Shown piece by piece: positions 17,843 to 25,783 of a DNA stretch of 25,783 bases. The stretch is from an uncultured virus (IMG/VR IMGVR_UViG_3300018414_000001) (Duplodnaviria; Heunggongvirae; Uroviricota; Caudoviricetes). The position numbers were made by a program, and so were the translations under genes. Where the stretch lies: the IMG/VR virus record IMGVR_UViG_3300018414_000001, one strand, 5' to 3'. Below the pieces are notes generated by a model that saw nothing but the letters and a program-made list of their open reading frames with translations, was not told where the DNA came from and did not search any database. Every line of letters starts with the position of its first letter. The stretch's first letter is position 1.

Positions 17843-18959
17843 AAAGGGCATCTGCGACGACTGTCGCCCATTCCGGCCTTATCCAAAGCGCACCCCAAAC
17901 CACGTCAAGCCGGGTTCCCGTCTGATCAGTCCCAATCACATATTGAGTGACCATCCGCATCGACACACCGTCAAACTCATGGCGGGCGGCATCAACCTTA
18001 GGCGGGATTTCCAGATCGGCCGTCGCCATCGTAATCGCCTCGGGGACAAAGACGATGTTCTTCCGGTAGGTGGTGTTGGCCGGCCCTTGCAACGTGATCG
18101 TGGCCGAGTTCGCCGGGCTGATATCGGTCGTCTGGTATTGGACCTGGGCACCCCCAACGCCCCCAGGGATCAACGCCGGATAGATCGTGATGGAGGTCCC
18201 GCTTGACGCCACCGCATTCACCACCACGAACTGCCGAAGCTGCCCGTAGGATTTCTTGGTGATACGGTTGACCCCATTCACGCTGGCGAACGTGATGATA
18301 TCGCCCGCCGCCAAAGTGCCGGTGATCGCGTTGACGGTGATCACGCTGCCGGTCTGCCCGGCGCCAGAAACAGTCCCGGCCGTGAAGGTGCCGGAAGTGT
18401 GCTGGATGACGGTTTGATCGCTCAGCCAATCGAGGCCAAGCGCGTTCTTCATCCCACCTGAACGATACTGTTCGCTGATTTCAGTAGCGGGATTGAAGAG
18501 CCCAGCCAACGCTCCGGCGGTTCGGGCATCGGTGTACGGGTTGATCACGATCCGATGGTTAAGCACGGGCGCCGACTGCGTAGCCAGGATGGCGTTCGCG
18601 GTCAGGAACGTGTTGATCGACGGGGTGATGATCACGCCAGCGGCTTCGTTGTCGATGTAGTTGCAGACGCCGCCCTCGGCACCCGCCATCACACCGACCG
18701 CGACATCGCCAGCGAGGTTGTTCACCGCCGGGGCGATATAGCGTTCCGCGAAGTCATCAATGGACAGCGTGAGATCGATGGACGGGAACGTCATATCCAC
18801 GCCGTCCTGCGTCGCCATCGTCAGGGTCGTGAACTGTTCGCTCACATCCTGGAACGATGCCGCCGCGCCATGCCGCACGGTGAAATCGACGGGCAGACGG
18901 ATACGCAACTGACTGCCGATCTTGGCGCCCTCGCGGGCGTATTGGTCGTCGTACTGTGT
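17841..18959 (-). CDS. Major capsid protein, P22 coat family, exon 2 (372 aa; spliced product 402 aa)
   Basis: Frame extends 17 codons above the TTG at 18908: TQYDDQYAREGAKIGSQ-LRIRLP; coat motifs LSIDDFAERYIAPA and TRLDVVWGALWIRPEWA. Confidence 0.92.
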   Translation of the reverse strand, partial: TQYDDQYAREGAKIGSQLRIRLPVDFTVRHGAAASFQDVSEQFTTLTMATQDGVDMTFPSIDLTLSIDDFAERYIAPAVNNLAGDVAVGVMAGAEGGVCNYIDNEAAGVIITPSINTFLTANAILATQSAPVLNHRIVINPYTDARTAGALAGLFNPATEISEQYRSGGMKNALGLDWLSDQTVIQHTSGTFTAGTVSGAGQTGSVITVNAITGTLAAGDIITFASVNGVNRITKKSYGQLRQFVVVNAVASSGTSITIYPALIPGGVGGAQVQYQTTDISPANSATITLQGPANTTYRKNIVFVPEAITMATADLEIPPKVDAARHEFDGVSMRMVTQYVIGTDQTGTRLDVVWGALWIRPEWATVVADAL

Positions 18960-19255
18960 CTTTCTGTTCGTTCAAGATCGCTATCCTTGAACCGCCAAGG
19001 CTGCTGCAACTTTCATTGCAGAACAGATCATATCATCACCCCGTATCGGGGGCTGCGCGCTTCGGGCCGCTTGGCCCTACTCCCTTGCGGGATGATCGTT
19101 GAACCTTACCCACTTGCGAGGGTCTTGGCTGCTGATTGCCCAATCCATTGTGCTTTTTGACCTTCGCGCCTGCTCTTTCGGGCTACGCTGTGGCGACAAT
19201 GGCTCTAAGGGTGTCCCAGTCAATTCACGCAGTTTATTCTCGACCGTACATGTTA
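18960..19255 (-). ncRNA. Group I self-splicing intron, 296 nt, no endonuclease ORF
   Basis: Exon ends in U, intron ends in G; P1 CUCGAU/GUCGAG with U-G at the splice site; P3 CUGCGUG/CGCGCAG; P4 UUGACUG/CAGCAG; P7 A(C)GAUCA/UGAUCU; J8/7 GAUA; P9 with GAAA loop; excision restores the reading frame. Confidence 0.92.
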
Positions 19256-19345
19256 ATCGAGGTTGCGCATAAACGCATTCGTATTTTTCCACAGTCTGAC
19301 GGCCAGCCTTGTGATCATGTTGATCGTAAGCAGGCTGTTGGCCAC
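19256..19345 (-). CDS. Major capsid protein exon 1 (30 codons)
   Basis: GTG start with GGAG 9 nt upstream; MANSLLTINMITRLAVRLWKNTNAFMRNLD resembles a P22-family coat N-terminus; directly followed by TAA. Confidence 0.9.
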
Positions 19346-19547
19346 TTTATTCTACTCCAAACGAATGCACGAGCCGAAGCTACAAGTGCTGGACAAACAA
19401 AAATCCATCTCACTCCCTAAGAGGTCTTGACGGAGGTCTGATTTGCCACTCGCGTTGGAGTTGTATCGTTAGCCACGCAACGTAGTGGTAGGCTATTCGC
19501 ACATTTAAGGCCCGGCGGCCCTTACCGCTTAACTTAGAAACCGAACG

Positions 19548-20360
19548 TCACCGCCCCGGCCTCCGTCCCAACAACTTCCTCCCCAGGTCCGACTTCTCGA
19601 AAATCGCGTTCCATTCTGCCATGGAAAGATTATCGTCGAAGATCGTGGGCTCCGGCAGCACCGCCGCGACCTGAAGCGGAACGGCGGGACGAGGCGCGGC
19701 AGACGATGGCGGCGTTTTGATCGGCGGGGGCGGCTGAGACATTTTTGCGTCCATTCGGCCAATCGCCGCCGCCATCGCAGTCGGGGTTTTGGCAAGGAGT
19801 TCGACAAGACCGTCGGCGTCGTCTGCCAAGGCGGCGAAGACTTTCTCGGGCGCTTCAGTTTCGGCAAGCGCCTGAAGAAATGTTTGGTTCGCCGTGGCAC
19901 CGAGCGCCGTCATGGTTGCCTTGGCGGATTCCCATGTTTCCGCGCCCAATGCCTCCTTGCCCTTACTGTCGATCTGCCCTAGCCGCGAGTTCAACTGTCG
20001 TTGCGCGATGACCTGAGCGATGCGGGCTTCATCGTCAACCACCGGGGGCGGTGGCGCCTGATCGGTTGGCGCTTTGTTTGCATTGAGCAACGCCTCGGCG
20101 GCTTCAGCGCGGCGTTCAGCGGCGGCTCTTGCCTCTGATTCAGCCGCGAGCCGGGCTGTTACCTGAGCAAACCGGCGGTCACCTTGTTTGGGCTTAGGAG
20201 GCGGTGGCGTGTCACCGGGTTGATCGGCGTCGGGGACGGCCTTGGTGTCGTCTGGTGCCGCGTCTTGCGTTTGGGGAGTATCAACTACCGTTTGATCGGC
20301 CGGGGCCACTGCAACGTCTTGTGGCGCGTCCTGGGGGGTATCCGTCAGTGTATCGCTCAT
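19548..20360 (-). CDS. Capsid scaffolding protein (270 aa)
   Basis: Acidic Pro-rich N-terminus, DRRFAQVTAR coiled coil, MAAAIGRMDAK, C-terminal LSMAEW; between portal and coat; GAGG RBS. Confidence 0.85.
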   Translation of the reverse strand: MSDTLTDTPQDAPQDVAVAPADQTVVDTPQTQDAAPDDTKAVPDADQPGDTPPPPKPKQGDRRFAQVTARLAAESEARAAAERRAEAAEALLNANKAPTDQAPPPPVVDDEARIAQVIAQRQLNSRLGQIDSKGKEALGAETWESAKATMTALGATANQTFLQALAETEAPEKVFAALADDADGLVELLAKTPTAMAAAIGRMDAKMSQPPPPIKTPPSSAAPRPAVPLQVAAVLPEPTIFDDNLSMAEWNAIFEKSDLGRKLLGRRPGR

Positions 20361-20599
20361 GGTGCCTCTCGGTTAGTCGCACGGGGAACCGCCCCGGACG
20401 GGTAAAGATCGCACGTCTCATCATTTGTCCAACTGCCCACGACAAATTCACGAGGCCGAGGAGGTTCCAATTTTGTTCTGGTCACCCAGGCCGCGAAACG
20501 GACGAGCCAATGATAGCGGGTTACACCCGCGAAGGTGATGACATCCCCAGCGGTTAAAGCGCCGGTCATAGTTGTAATTTTGATCAATGGATTAACCAT
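20357..20599 (-). CDS. 80-aa protein resembling an internal segment of the coat protein
   Basis: TGALTAGDVITFAGV...REFVV...LYP versus coat TGTLAAGDIITFASV...RQFVV...IYP; ATGA overlap with the scaffold gene. Confidence 0.7.
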   Translation of the reverse strand: MVNPLIKITTMTGALTAGDVITFAGVTRYHWLVRFAAWVTRTKLEPPRPREFVVGSWTNDETCDLYPSGAVPRATNREAP

Positions 20600-20605
20600 C
20601 TCATC

Positions 20606-21004
20606 TCAATGCAAGCTACTCGGAAACGTCGCCTCTTCCGGCGCGACAAAACGCTTCGCCCGGAGGTCGTTATCCAGCAACAGAGCCTCGTATATCTCCT
20701 GTTTCATGTGCTCGGAAACCACGTCTTCCGGCTGTCCGAGCATGGAAACCAGTGTCTTGCGGGCATCTTCCAAAAGCCGAGGCGCGACCCGTTCCACGAA
20801 CACCTTGCGGGCCTGTTTTTCGGTTACCGCACCGTCAGCGCGCATCTTGCGATACCAAGCATTATCCTGGGCATAGAGTTCGAACATGGCCTCGGCCATC
20901 TCGATCGCGGTCTTCGCGACAAGCCTGTGCGCGTTAAGACCGGGACCAAACGGGAGCGAATCGACGAGGCGCTTCGTGCGGATATGGGGCGCGCGCCGCT
21001 TCAT
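20606..21004 (-). CDS. Hypothetical helical phage protein (132 aa)
   Basis: Packed ORF; ATGA overlap with the upstream gene. Confidence 0.75.
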   Translation of the reverse strand: MKRRAPHIRTKRLVDSLPFGPGLNAHRLVAKTAIEMAEAMFELYAQDNAWYRKMRADGAVTEKQARKVFVERVAPRLLEDARKTLVSMLGQPEDVVSEHMKQEIYEALLLDNDLRAKRFVAPEEATFPSSLH

Positions 21005-21219
21005 CTCGCCATTCTCCGATCCTCTGGATTTGGAAACGCATACGCCCTTCGATCCCGTTCCGGCAACCTTTCCCAGTCACGGACAAACCCGGCGCACATA
21101 TCGTGCAACTTTTCCCATGTGGGGGCGCCGCGTTGTGCGATGAAACCGTTCGGATCGGGAGCCGCACTCATACGATCGTGCCAGTCGGCGTCCTGGAAAC
21201 TGGTAGGGTAGCGTTTCAC
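21001..21219 (-). CDS. Hypothetical protein (72 aa)
   Basis: GTGA and ATGA overlaps at its two ends. Confidence 0.65.
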   Translation of the reverse strand: MKRYPTSFQDADWHDRMSAAPDPNGFIAQRGAPTWEKLHDMCAGFVRDWERLPERDRRAYAFPNPEDRRMAR

Positions 21220-21350
21220 TTCTTCTTCGCCCCCTTGTGCCCGATCTCGATCTTCGGATGCCGCCTGGCGTTTTTCGCGGCGCCGGTCCTCTTGTCCGGT
21301 TCGCGATCATCGGGCTTCTTCCCCTTGATACCGCGCTTCTCAGGTTTCAT
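21216..21350 (-). CDS. Small Lys/Arg-rich protein (44 aa), absent from the ORF track
   Basis: Manual translation MKPEKRGIKGKKPDDREPDKRTGAAKNARRHPKIEIGHKGAKKK; ATGA overlap with the portal stop, GGAGG upstream, GTGA overlap downstream. Confidence 0.7.
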   Translation of the reverse strand: MKPEKRGIKGKKPDDREPDKRTGAAKNARRHPKIEIGHKGAKKK

Positions 21351-23512
21351 GGCGCCATCCCTCCTGGACTCGCGGCCTGTTGTCCAACATCCGGCACCCT
21401 GATCGGCAATTCACCGGAACCGTCGCCAGACGCGGGATCGGCATCCCGTTGCACGCCTTGCACAAGGTTTCCAATAACTGGCCCCAAATTGTCCTGCAAC
21501 GCCTGCCGCATGGTCTCATGGATCAGTTTCTGCAACTCCTGGGCATCCATCGGCAGCATCTTCTGCATCGCACTGAGGCGGCGTGTATCGGCGTCAAACG
21601 CCTTGACGGTGTTTTCCGTGTCGTAATCCTTGGCCTTCAACCGCTCCTCAGATAACGCCTGCATAGCCTCTCCAAGAAGCCTATTTTGGTTCTGTAGCTG
21701 CTTCTGAAGCCCCGTAATCGCCTGTTGCGCCTCCGGTGGCAGCCCGGGTTTCAGCCGTTCCGCGATCTGATCCGCCAGTGGGAAGTCGGCCACCTTGAAC
21801 AACAGGTCTCCAATACGATCAATTAGCTGCGGTGCCTGCGTCAGAATTTGCACGATCGCATTGAACGCTTCCTGCCGTTGCGTGGCATAGTCAGGCCCCA
21901 CATCGGAAACGACTTCATACCTTCCTACAGCGGGGTTCAGGATCGCCGCCGCGCCATCGGCCGTTCGCTGATGCGCCACCATAGCTTCAGGATCGATTTG
22001 AACGTGTGATTCGGTTCCGTCTTCCCCGATAATCCGCAACACGCGAGGCGTGTCATAAATCACCGGTATCCATTCCTTGATGATCTCGCCTTGCCGCCTG
22101 ATTGCCAGAGCCTGATTATCGATAAAATGATAGGTAGCGCGGTCGCCTTGTCTCTGCCGTTCGTTGATCGCCTTCCCCGACCTTTCATTCCCAGGAGCGC
22201 CAAGTTCCGCCTCATATTGGCCGCTGGCCGATAGCATGAACTGCCTCGCCATGGTGACACCTTCAAGATAGGCGGGAGCACTCACGGGAGGCTGTTGGCG
22301 TTGAGGGGAGGGGATATCCTTTCCGTTTTCATCAACGTGTATCCAAGGCAGAAACGCCGGATTTTCCGTGTTGGCGTTTGCCCAATAAGACATATAGGTG
22401 CCTATGGCCGCCGCCGCGATCAACCATGGTGTCTTACTTTGTAGCGCGCCAAACTCCACGGAAGCAGACCAGTTATAATTCTCCATCTGCTGCGCGCTCA
22501 GCATGCAACGGGTGTGGCCCTTACGATCAAGACGCTGATCTATGACCGTAACCTCTCCGACCCATGGAATGATCGGCACGGATGTCCCTGGGATATCGGT
22601 CTCATCAACAATGATGTCGCCAACAATCAGATACCACTTAACAGACTTCCGCACGATAGGGCGGCGCTTTAGTTTTGAACCTCGTGCCTTGGCCTCTTCT
22701 TCCCACCTCTTCAATAAGTTCGCCGGGGTTTGACTACGGAATATCACGTTCCCTTCGTCATCTCCTAGCAACTCATCCCGATCTTCGGTGACCTCGTAAT
22801 ACTCCGCCTCGCGGATATGATCTTCTCTGATCCAACCGCTGTCTTGACCGTCAACCGCGTTTGCCGTGGCCCCACGATTGCGTAGGCGCTTATATTTTTC
22901 CTCCATTTCGTCTCTGGGTCTATCCGCGAAGATAAATCCGAAACGGGCGTCAGAACCGTCAGGTTGAACTGAATCAGGATCAAGCGCGACGGCAAGAGGA
23001 TTGGGACAACCATCAATCCATATATCCTGATCAAAGGATTTCTGATCGATAAACTTAGACCGGATAATGGTGTAGCCGAGACCTGCCTGGACCTGAAAAC
23101 TAATCGCTTGCCCCTGCGCCATCTGTCCGTTGCTAAGGTTTTGGATGTGGCGATAAATGCCTTCCATAGCCTCGGCGCTTTCAGGGGAGGCGCCGTCGCC
23201 GACAGGTCTGTATCGGACGCTGGCTTTGTTCTGTTTGGCCTCATTGATAATGTGAAGATTGTGCTGGCGTGTCTCATTGACTGTAAGAGTGGGGCGATCC
23301 CCCCGGGTCTGATAGATCGCGTCAGGCCACTGAAAGTTGTTGTAAGCATCGCCATTAGCGAACTTGTAGTCGCTCAGCCAATGTTCTCCGGCCTCTTTCT
23401 CCCACGCCTGCCACTTCTTGAAGCGGCGGTGCGCGCGACGCACGATAGCGGCTTCTTCGGTTTCGCCTTCCGTTTCAATCTCTGTGTCTGGTCCGTCAAT
23501 GGATAGCGACAT
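21347..23512 (-). CDS. Portal protein, P22 gp1-like (721 aa)
   Basis: RPTLTVN, IPWVGE, SGKAINERQRQGDRATYHFIDN, GRYEVVSDVGPDYATQRQEA; C-terminal barrel-like coiled coil. Confidence 0.92.
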   Translation of the reverse strand: MSLSIDGPDTEIETEGETEEAAIVRRAHRRFKKWQAWEKEAGEHWLSDYKFANGDAYNNFQWPDAIYQTRGDRPTLTVNETRQHNLHIINEAKQNKASVRYRPVGDGASPESAEAMEGIYRHIQNLSNGQMAQGQAISFQVQAGLGYTIIRSKFIDQKSFDQDIWIDGCPNPLAVALDPDSVQPDGSDARFGFIFADRPRDEMEEKYKRLRNRGATANAVDGQDSGWIREDHIREAEYYEVTEDRDELLGDDEGNVIFRSQTPANLLKRWEEEAKARGSKLKRRPIVRKSVKWYLIVGDIIVDETDIPGTSVPIIPWVGEVTVIDQRLDRKGHTRCMLSAQQMENYNWSASVEFGALQSKTPWLIAAAAIGTYMSYWANANTENPAFLPWIHVDENGKDIPSPQRQQPPVSAPAYLEGVTMARQFMLSASGQYEAELGAPGNERSGKAINERQRQGDRATYHFIDNQALAIRRQGEIIKEWIPVIYDTPRVLRIIGEDGTESHVQIDPEAMVAHQRTADGAAAILNPAVGRYEVVSDVGPDYATQRQEAFNAIVQILTQAPQLIDRIGDLLFKVADFPLADQIAERLKPGLPPEAQQAITGLQKQLQNQNRLLGEAMQALSEERLKAKDYDTENTVKAFDADTRRLSAMQKMLPMDAQELQKLIHETMRQALQDNLGPVIGNLVQGVQRDADPASGDGSGELPIRVPDVGQQAASPGGMAP

Positions 23513-23565
23513 AGACTAAGGCGCGCACAAAATTTTTTCGAAGATCATGTTAGAGTGGCATTCGG

Positions 23566-23787
23566 TCACCGCTTCTTAATCTCGCGACGTTTGTCCCGTT
23601 CCTTCTTCGGCGGTTCGCGCCCAGCAACCTTTTTCAGGTCCGTGGCCAGCACGCGAACGTCATCCATGAGTTTCGGGTCTTTACGAATCTGTTCCGCGCG
23701 AACCAGCGTGCGCATCGCATCTTCGACCTCATACCGGCGGCGGTCTTTCGCTTCAGCCTGAGCGGCAACAGGAACACGCGCCATCAC
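23566..23787 (-). CDS. Small basic hypothetical protein (73 aa)
   Basis: YEVEDAMRTLVRAEQIRKDPKLM helix; start overlaps the upstream stop; AGGAG RBS. Confidence 0.7.
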   Translation of the reverse strand: MMARVPVAAQAEAKDRRRYEVEDAMRTLVRAEQIRKDPKLMDDVRVLATDLKKVAGREPPKKERDKRREIKKR

Positions 23788-23978
23788 CGTTTCTCCTTCT
23801 CTCTGCCGGGCGACCGGGTATTATCGCGGCCCCGGGGGATTTCCGTTGAAAGCGGCGAACGGGTGTCGATGTTCTCCCGCCGCACCGTCCCGGGATCGAC
23901 GCGCCGTTCGTCCAGAGAACGCAACGGCGGCTGCGAGAAGTTGCCCGTTGGTTTGGGGTCGCTGATGTTGTGGTTCAT
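23784..23978 (-). CDS. Small disordered hypothetical protein (64 aa)
   Basis: Overlapping start and stop codons at both ends. Confidence 0.6.
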   Translation of the reverse strand: MNHNISDPKPTGNFSQPPLRSLDERRVDPGTVRRENIDTRSPLSTEIPRGRDNTRSPGREKEKR

Positions 23979-24172
23979 ATCATCTTCCCTGAACCGAGAT
24001 GTTCCACCGCTACGCCTTGCCAGTCACATTCCGGGCAGCGCAGCGCCTCATACGGCACCTTTCCGTCCGGCCAGCCCTTATCAGGCGTCCCACCGCGCAT
24101 CAGGCGCACGTCGCGATCCTGGACGCGGCATGACGGGCAGCAAAGCGGCGGCGCGGCAAAGGATGCACTCAC
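23975..24172 (-). CDS. Small zinc-ribbon-like protein (65 aa)
   Basis: CPSC and CPEC pairs; GTGA and ATGA overlaps. Confidence 0.65.
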   Translation of the reverse strand: MSASFAAPPLCCPSCRVQDRDVRLMRGGTPDKGWPDGKVPYEALRCPECDWQGVAVEHLGSGKMI

Positions 24173-24498
24173 CGCACCCGCATCTCAGCCGCCTTCATAG
24201 GCGACAACTTCGATGCACCACGTTCGCCGCGCGCCGCTATCTTCATCCCGTCCGACTTGAGCGACGGCTGCTTACCCATATTGGGCTTACCCCGTTCGGT
24301 TCCGGGCTTTTCGCGGGTGGCCTCACGCATCCCGTCACCGCGGCCACCAGCCTTGGTCTCAGGATCGCCAGGGTTCGCGGGCCTCCCCGCCTTGCCGTCT
24401 TTATGGCCGCGCATATACGCTTCGTGATGCGGCTTACGGGGTTCTTCCTTCCGCTTCGGCTCTTCGCGACGCATTTCTTTACGATGGGGTTCACGCAT
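24169..24498 (-). CDS. Highly charged basic low-complexity protein (about 109 aa)
   Basis: ATG at 24498 follows AAAGGAAAGG; alternative start at 24555; rich in R, K, E, P and G. Confidence 0.65.
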   Translation of the reverse strand: MREPHRKEMRREEPKRKEEPRKPHHEAYMRGHKDGKAGRPANPGDPETKAGGRGDGMREATREKPGTERGKPNMGKQPSLKSDGMKIAARGERGASKLSPMKAAEMRVR

Positions 24499-24539
24499 GG
24501 GGATGGCCTTTCCTTTAGGTGTAACTGAACCGATGGTGA

Positions 24540-25783
24540 CTAACGCCGGAGCCATGAGGCGCCGTTGGAACCGGGTCGAAGCGGCGGGATTTTTGGGACG
24601 AAGGTGGGAACGGCATCAACAGTTTTAGATCGCGTCATGGCACCGAATAGCTGCGTCAGACCCCAAACCAATGCGTCAACCCTGTCAGGGCTCCCTTCGC
24701 CAGCGTAACCACCCGCCGTCATCTGGCACATCTGCATTTCGAGTTCAGGAAACGTGCCGACATGGCCGATTTTACCTTGAGCGTAAAGCGCGGCGATCGG
24801 CTCGGCCCGAACATGCTTGCCACGGGTTGCCGTAACTTCAATAACCGGAAGACCGGGCCTTACCGTGCGAAGTGTGTAGCGACACATATCACCACCTTGA
24901 TTACGTTCAATCACCACCGCATCTGCGTCCCATTTATCGAATGCTGTCACAGCCGCCTGAGCCCAAATCTCCGGGCCACCCCGGCAACTAAGGTCATCAA
25001 CGACGTAACCGTGACCATCATCGCCAACGCCAGAAACAATAATCCCATGCTCATCGCTATGCGCCTCATCAGAGACAGCAGGATCGACTGACACAACAAT
25101 TCGTTTTAGAGAAGGCAATTCAGCCTTTCTGTTCCGGTGGATTACCAAGCGGTCCCATATCGCTCCGATTGCCTTTGGTTCGTAGTCGCCTTCCCAGATG
25201 TGCATATAACGATCTGGTTTAGCACGAAGATCATGAAGACGCTCTTCTTCGAGTTCGGCGGGGAACCAGGGGTTATCACGCCAGTTCACTCGGATCGTTT
25301 TCGCGCTGGCCGGAGGCACTAATCCTCGGAGCAAGTCATCAACCGGATCAGTCGCCGCGCGGGGGTTCCAGCTAAACCACAATTCTGACCCAGGCATTCG
25401 AATTGTCGGCCTGATCATTTCAAGAGAGCGCGCGGACATGGTTTGCGCTTCTTCGCCCCACATGCCGTGGAAACCCTCCAGGGATTTTATGCTTTCGGCG
25501 GTATAATCTTGCATCCCCTGATAAAGAATGACGCCGCCGCCAGGGGTAAGAGTGCTGTCGTGCCGGTAACCAAACTGAGAACCTACTTCAAGACCCGAAA
25601 TTTTATCCTCAATCAAACGCTTCACAGAATCCTTTAGAGACCTTTGAACCTCGCGAACGCAAACCCATCGCGTGCCTGGGCACATAAGACAGCGTTCAAC
25701 AAGGCTTTCCGCGAAGAAGTGGGATTTGGCCGAGCCTCGCCCACCATGAGCGCCCTTATATCGCGCTGGCTCCAAGAGCGGGA
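24540..25783 (-). CDS. terL: Terminase large subunit, probably missing a few N-terminal codons
   Basis: Walker A GGRGSAKS, IKSLEG, Walker B WGEEAQ, SWNP; nuclease motifs VSVDPA and SPDRVDALVW; frame is open to the window edge. Confidence 0.95.
   Translation of the reverse strand, partial: PLLEPARYKGAHGGRGSAKSHFFAESLVERCLMCPGTRWVCVREVQRSLKDSVKRLIEDKISGLEVGSQFGYRHDSTLTPGGGVILYQGMQDYTAESIKSLEGFHGMWGEEAQTMSARSLEMIRPTIRMPGSELWFSWNPRAATDPVDDLLRGLVPPASAKTIRVNWRDNPWFPAELEEERLHDLRAKPDRYMHIWEGDYEPKAIGAIWDRLVIHRNRKAELPSLKRIVVSVDPAVSDEAHSDEHGIIVSGVGDDGHGYVVDDLSCRGGPEIWAQAAVTAFDKWDADAVVIERNQGGDMCRYTLRTVRPGLPVIEVTATRGKHVRAEPIAALYAQGKIGHVGTFPELEMQMCQMTAGGYAGEGSPDRVDALVWGLTQLFGAMTRSKTVDAVPTFVPKIPPLRPGSNGASWLRR

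Noticed and set aside
18906..18908. TTG as the true capsid start, or the capsid as a pseudogene
   Set aside because: No SD; coat-like sequence continues upstream and precise intron removal restores the gene
18960..19255. Insert as an IS/MITE, group II intron or frameshift site
   Set aside because: No terminal inverted repeats or target duplication, no GUGYG...AY ends; the group I core explains it
19077..19292. 71-aa ORF overlapping the intron as a homing endonuclease
   Set aside because: Too short, no nuclease motif, and it runs through the ribozyme core and exon 1 out of frame
23513..23565. AT-rich spacer before the portal as a promoter
   Set aside because: No convincing -35/-10 pair or SD could be assigned by eye

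Overview
Virion morphogenesis module of a P22-like (podovirus-type) tailed phage or prophage, almost entirely on the minus strand. Read from the right end: terminase large subunit (5' truncated), small basic and Zn-ribbon genes, portal, small genes, scaffold, major capsid protein, accessory genes, gp4-like adaptor, gp10-like tail hub, needle/fibre genes, a sulfotransferase-like/GNAT fusion, ejection proteins (the largest with a lytic transglycosylase domain), an oppositely oriented small membrane-protein gene, then tail fibres. The best-supported unusual feature is a 296-nt ORF-less group I intron (18960-19255) interrupting the major capsid gene: removing it joins a 30-codon exon to the 355-aa ORF frame and gives a 402-aa coat protein. 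Also notable are four complete genes and one partial gene in the tail region with apparent Sec signal peptides, and a free-standing 80-aa copy of a coat protein segment. All family calls come from motif recognition and synteny; no database search was run. The GC-rich composition would fit a proteobacterial host, but this is weak inference.
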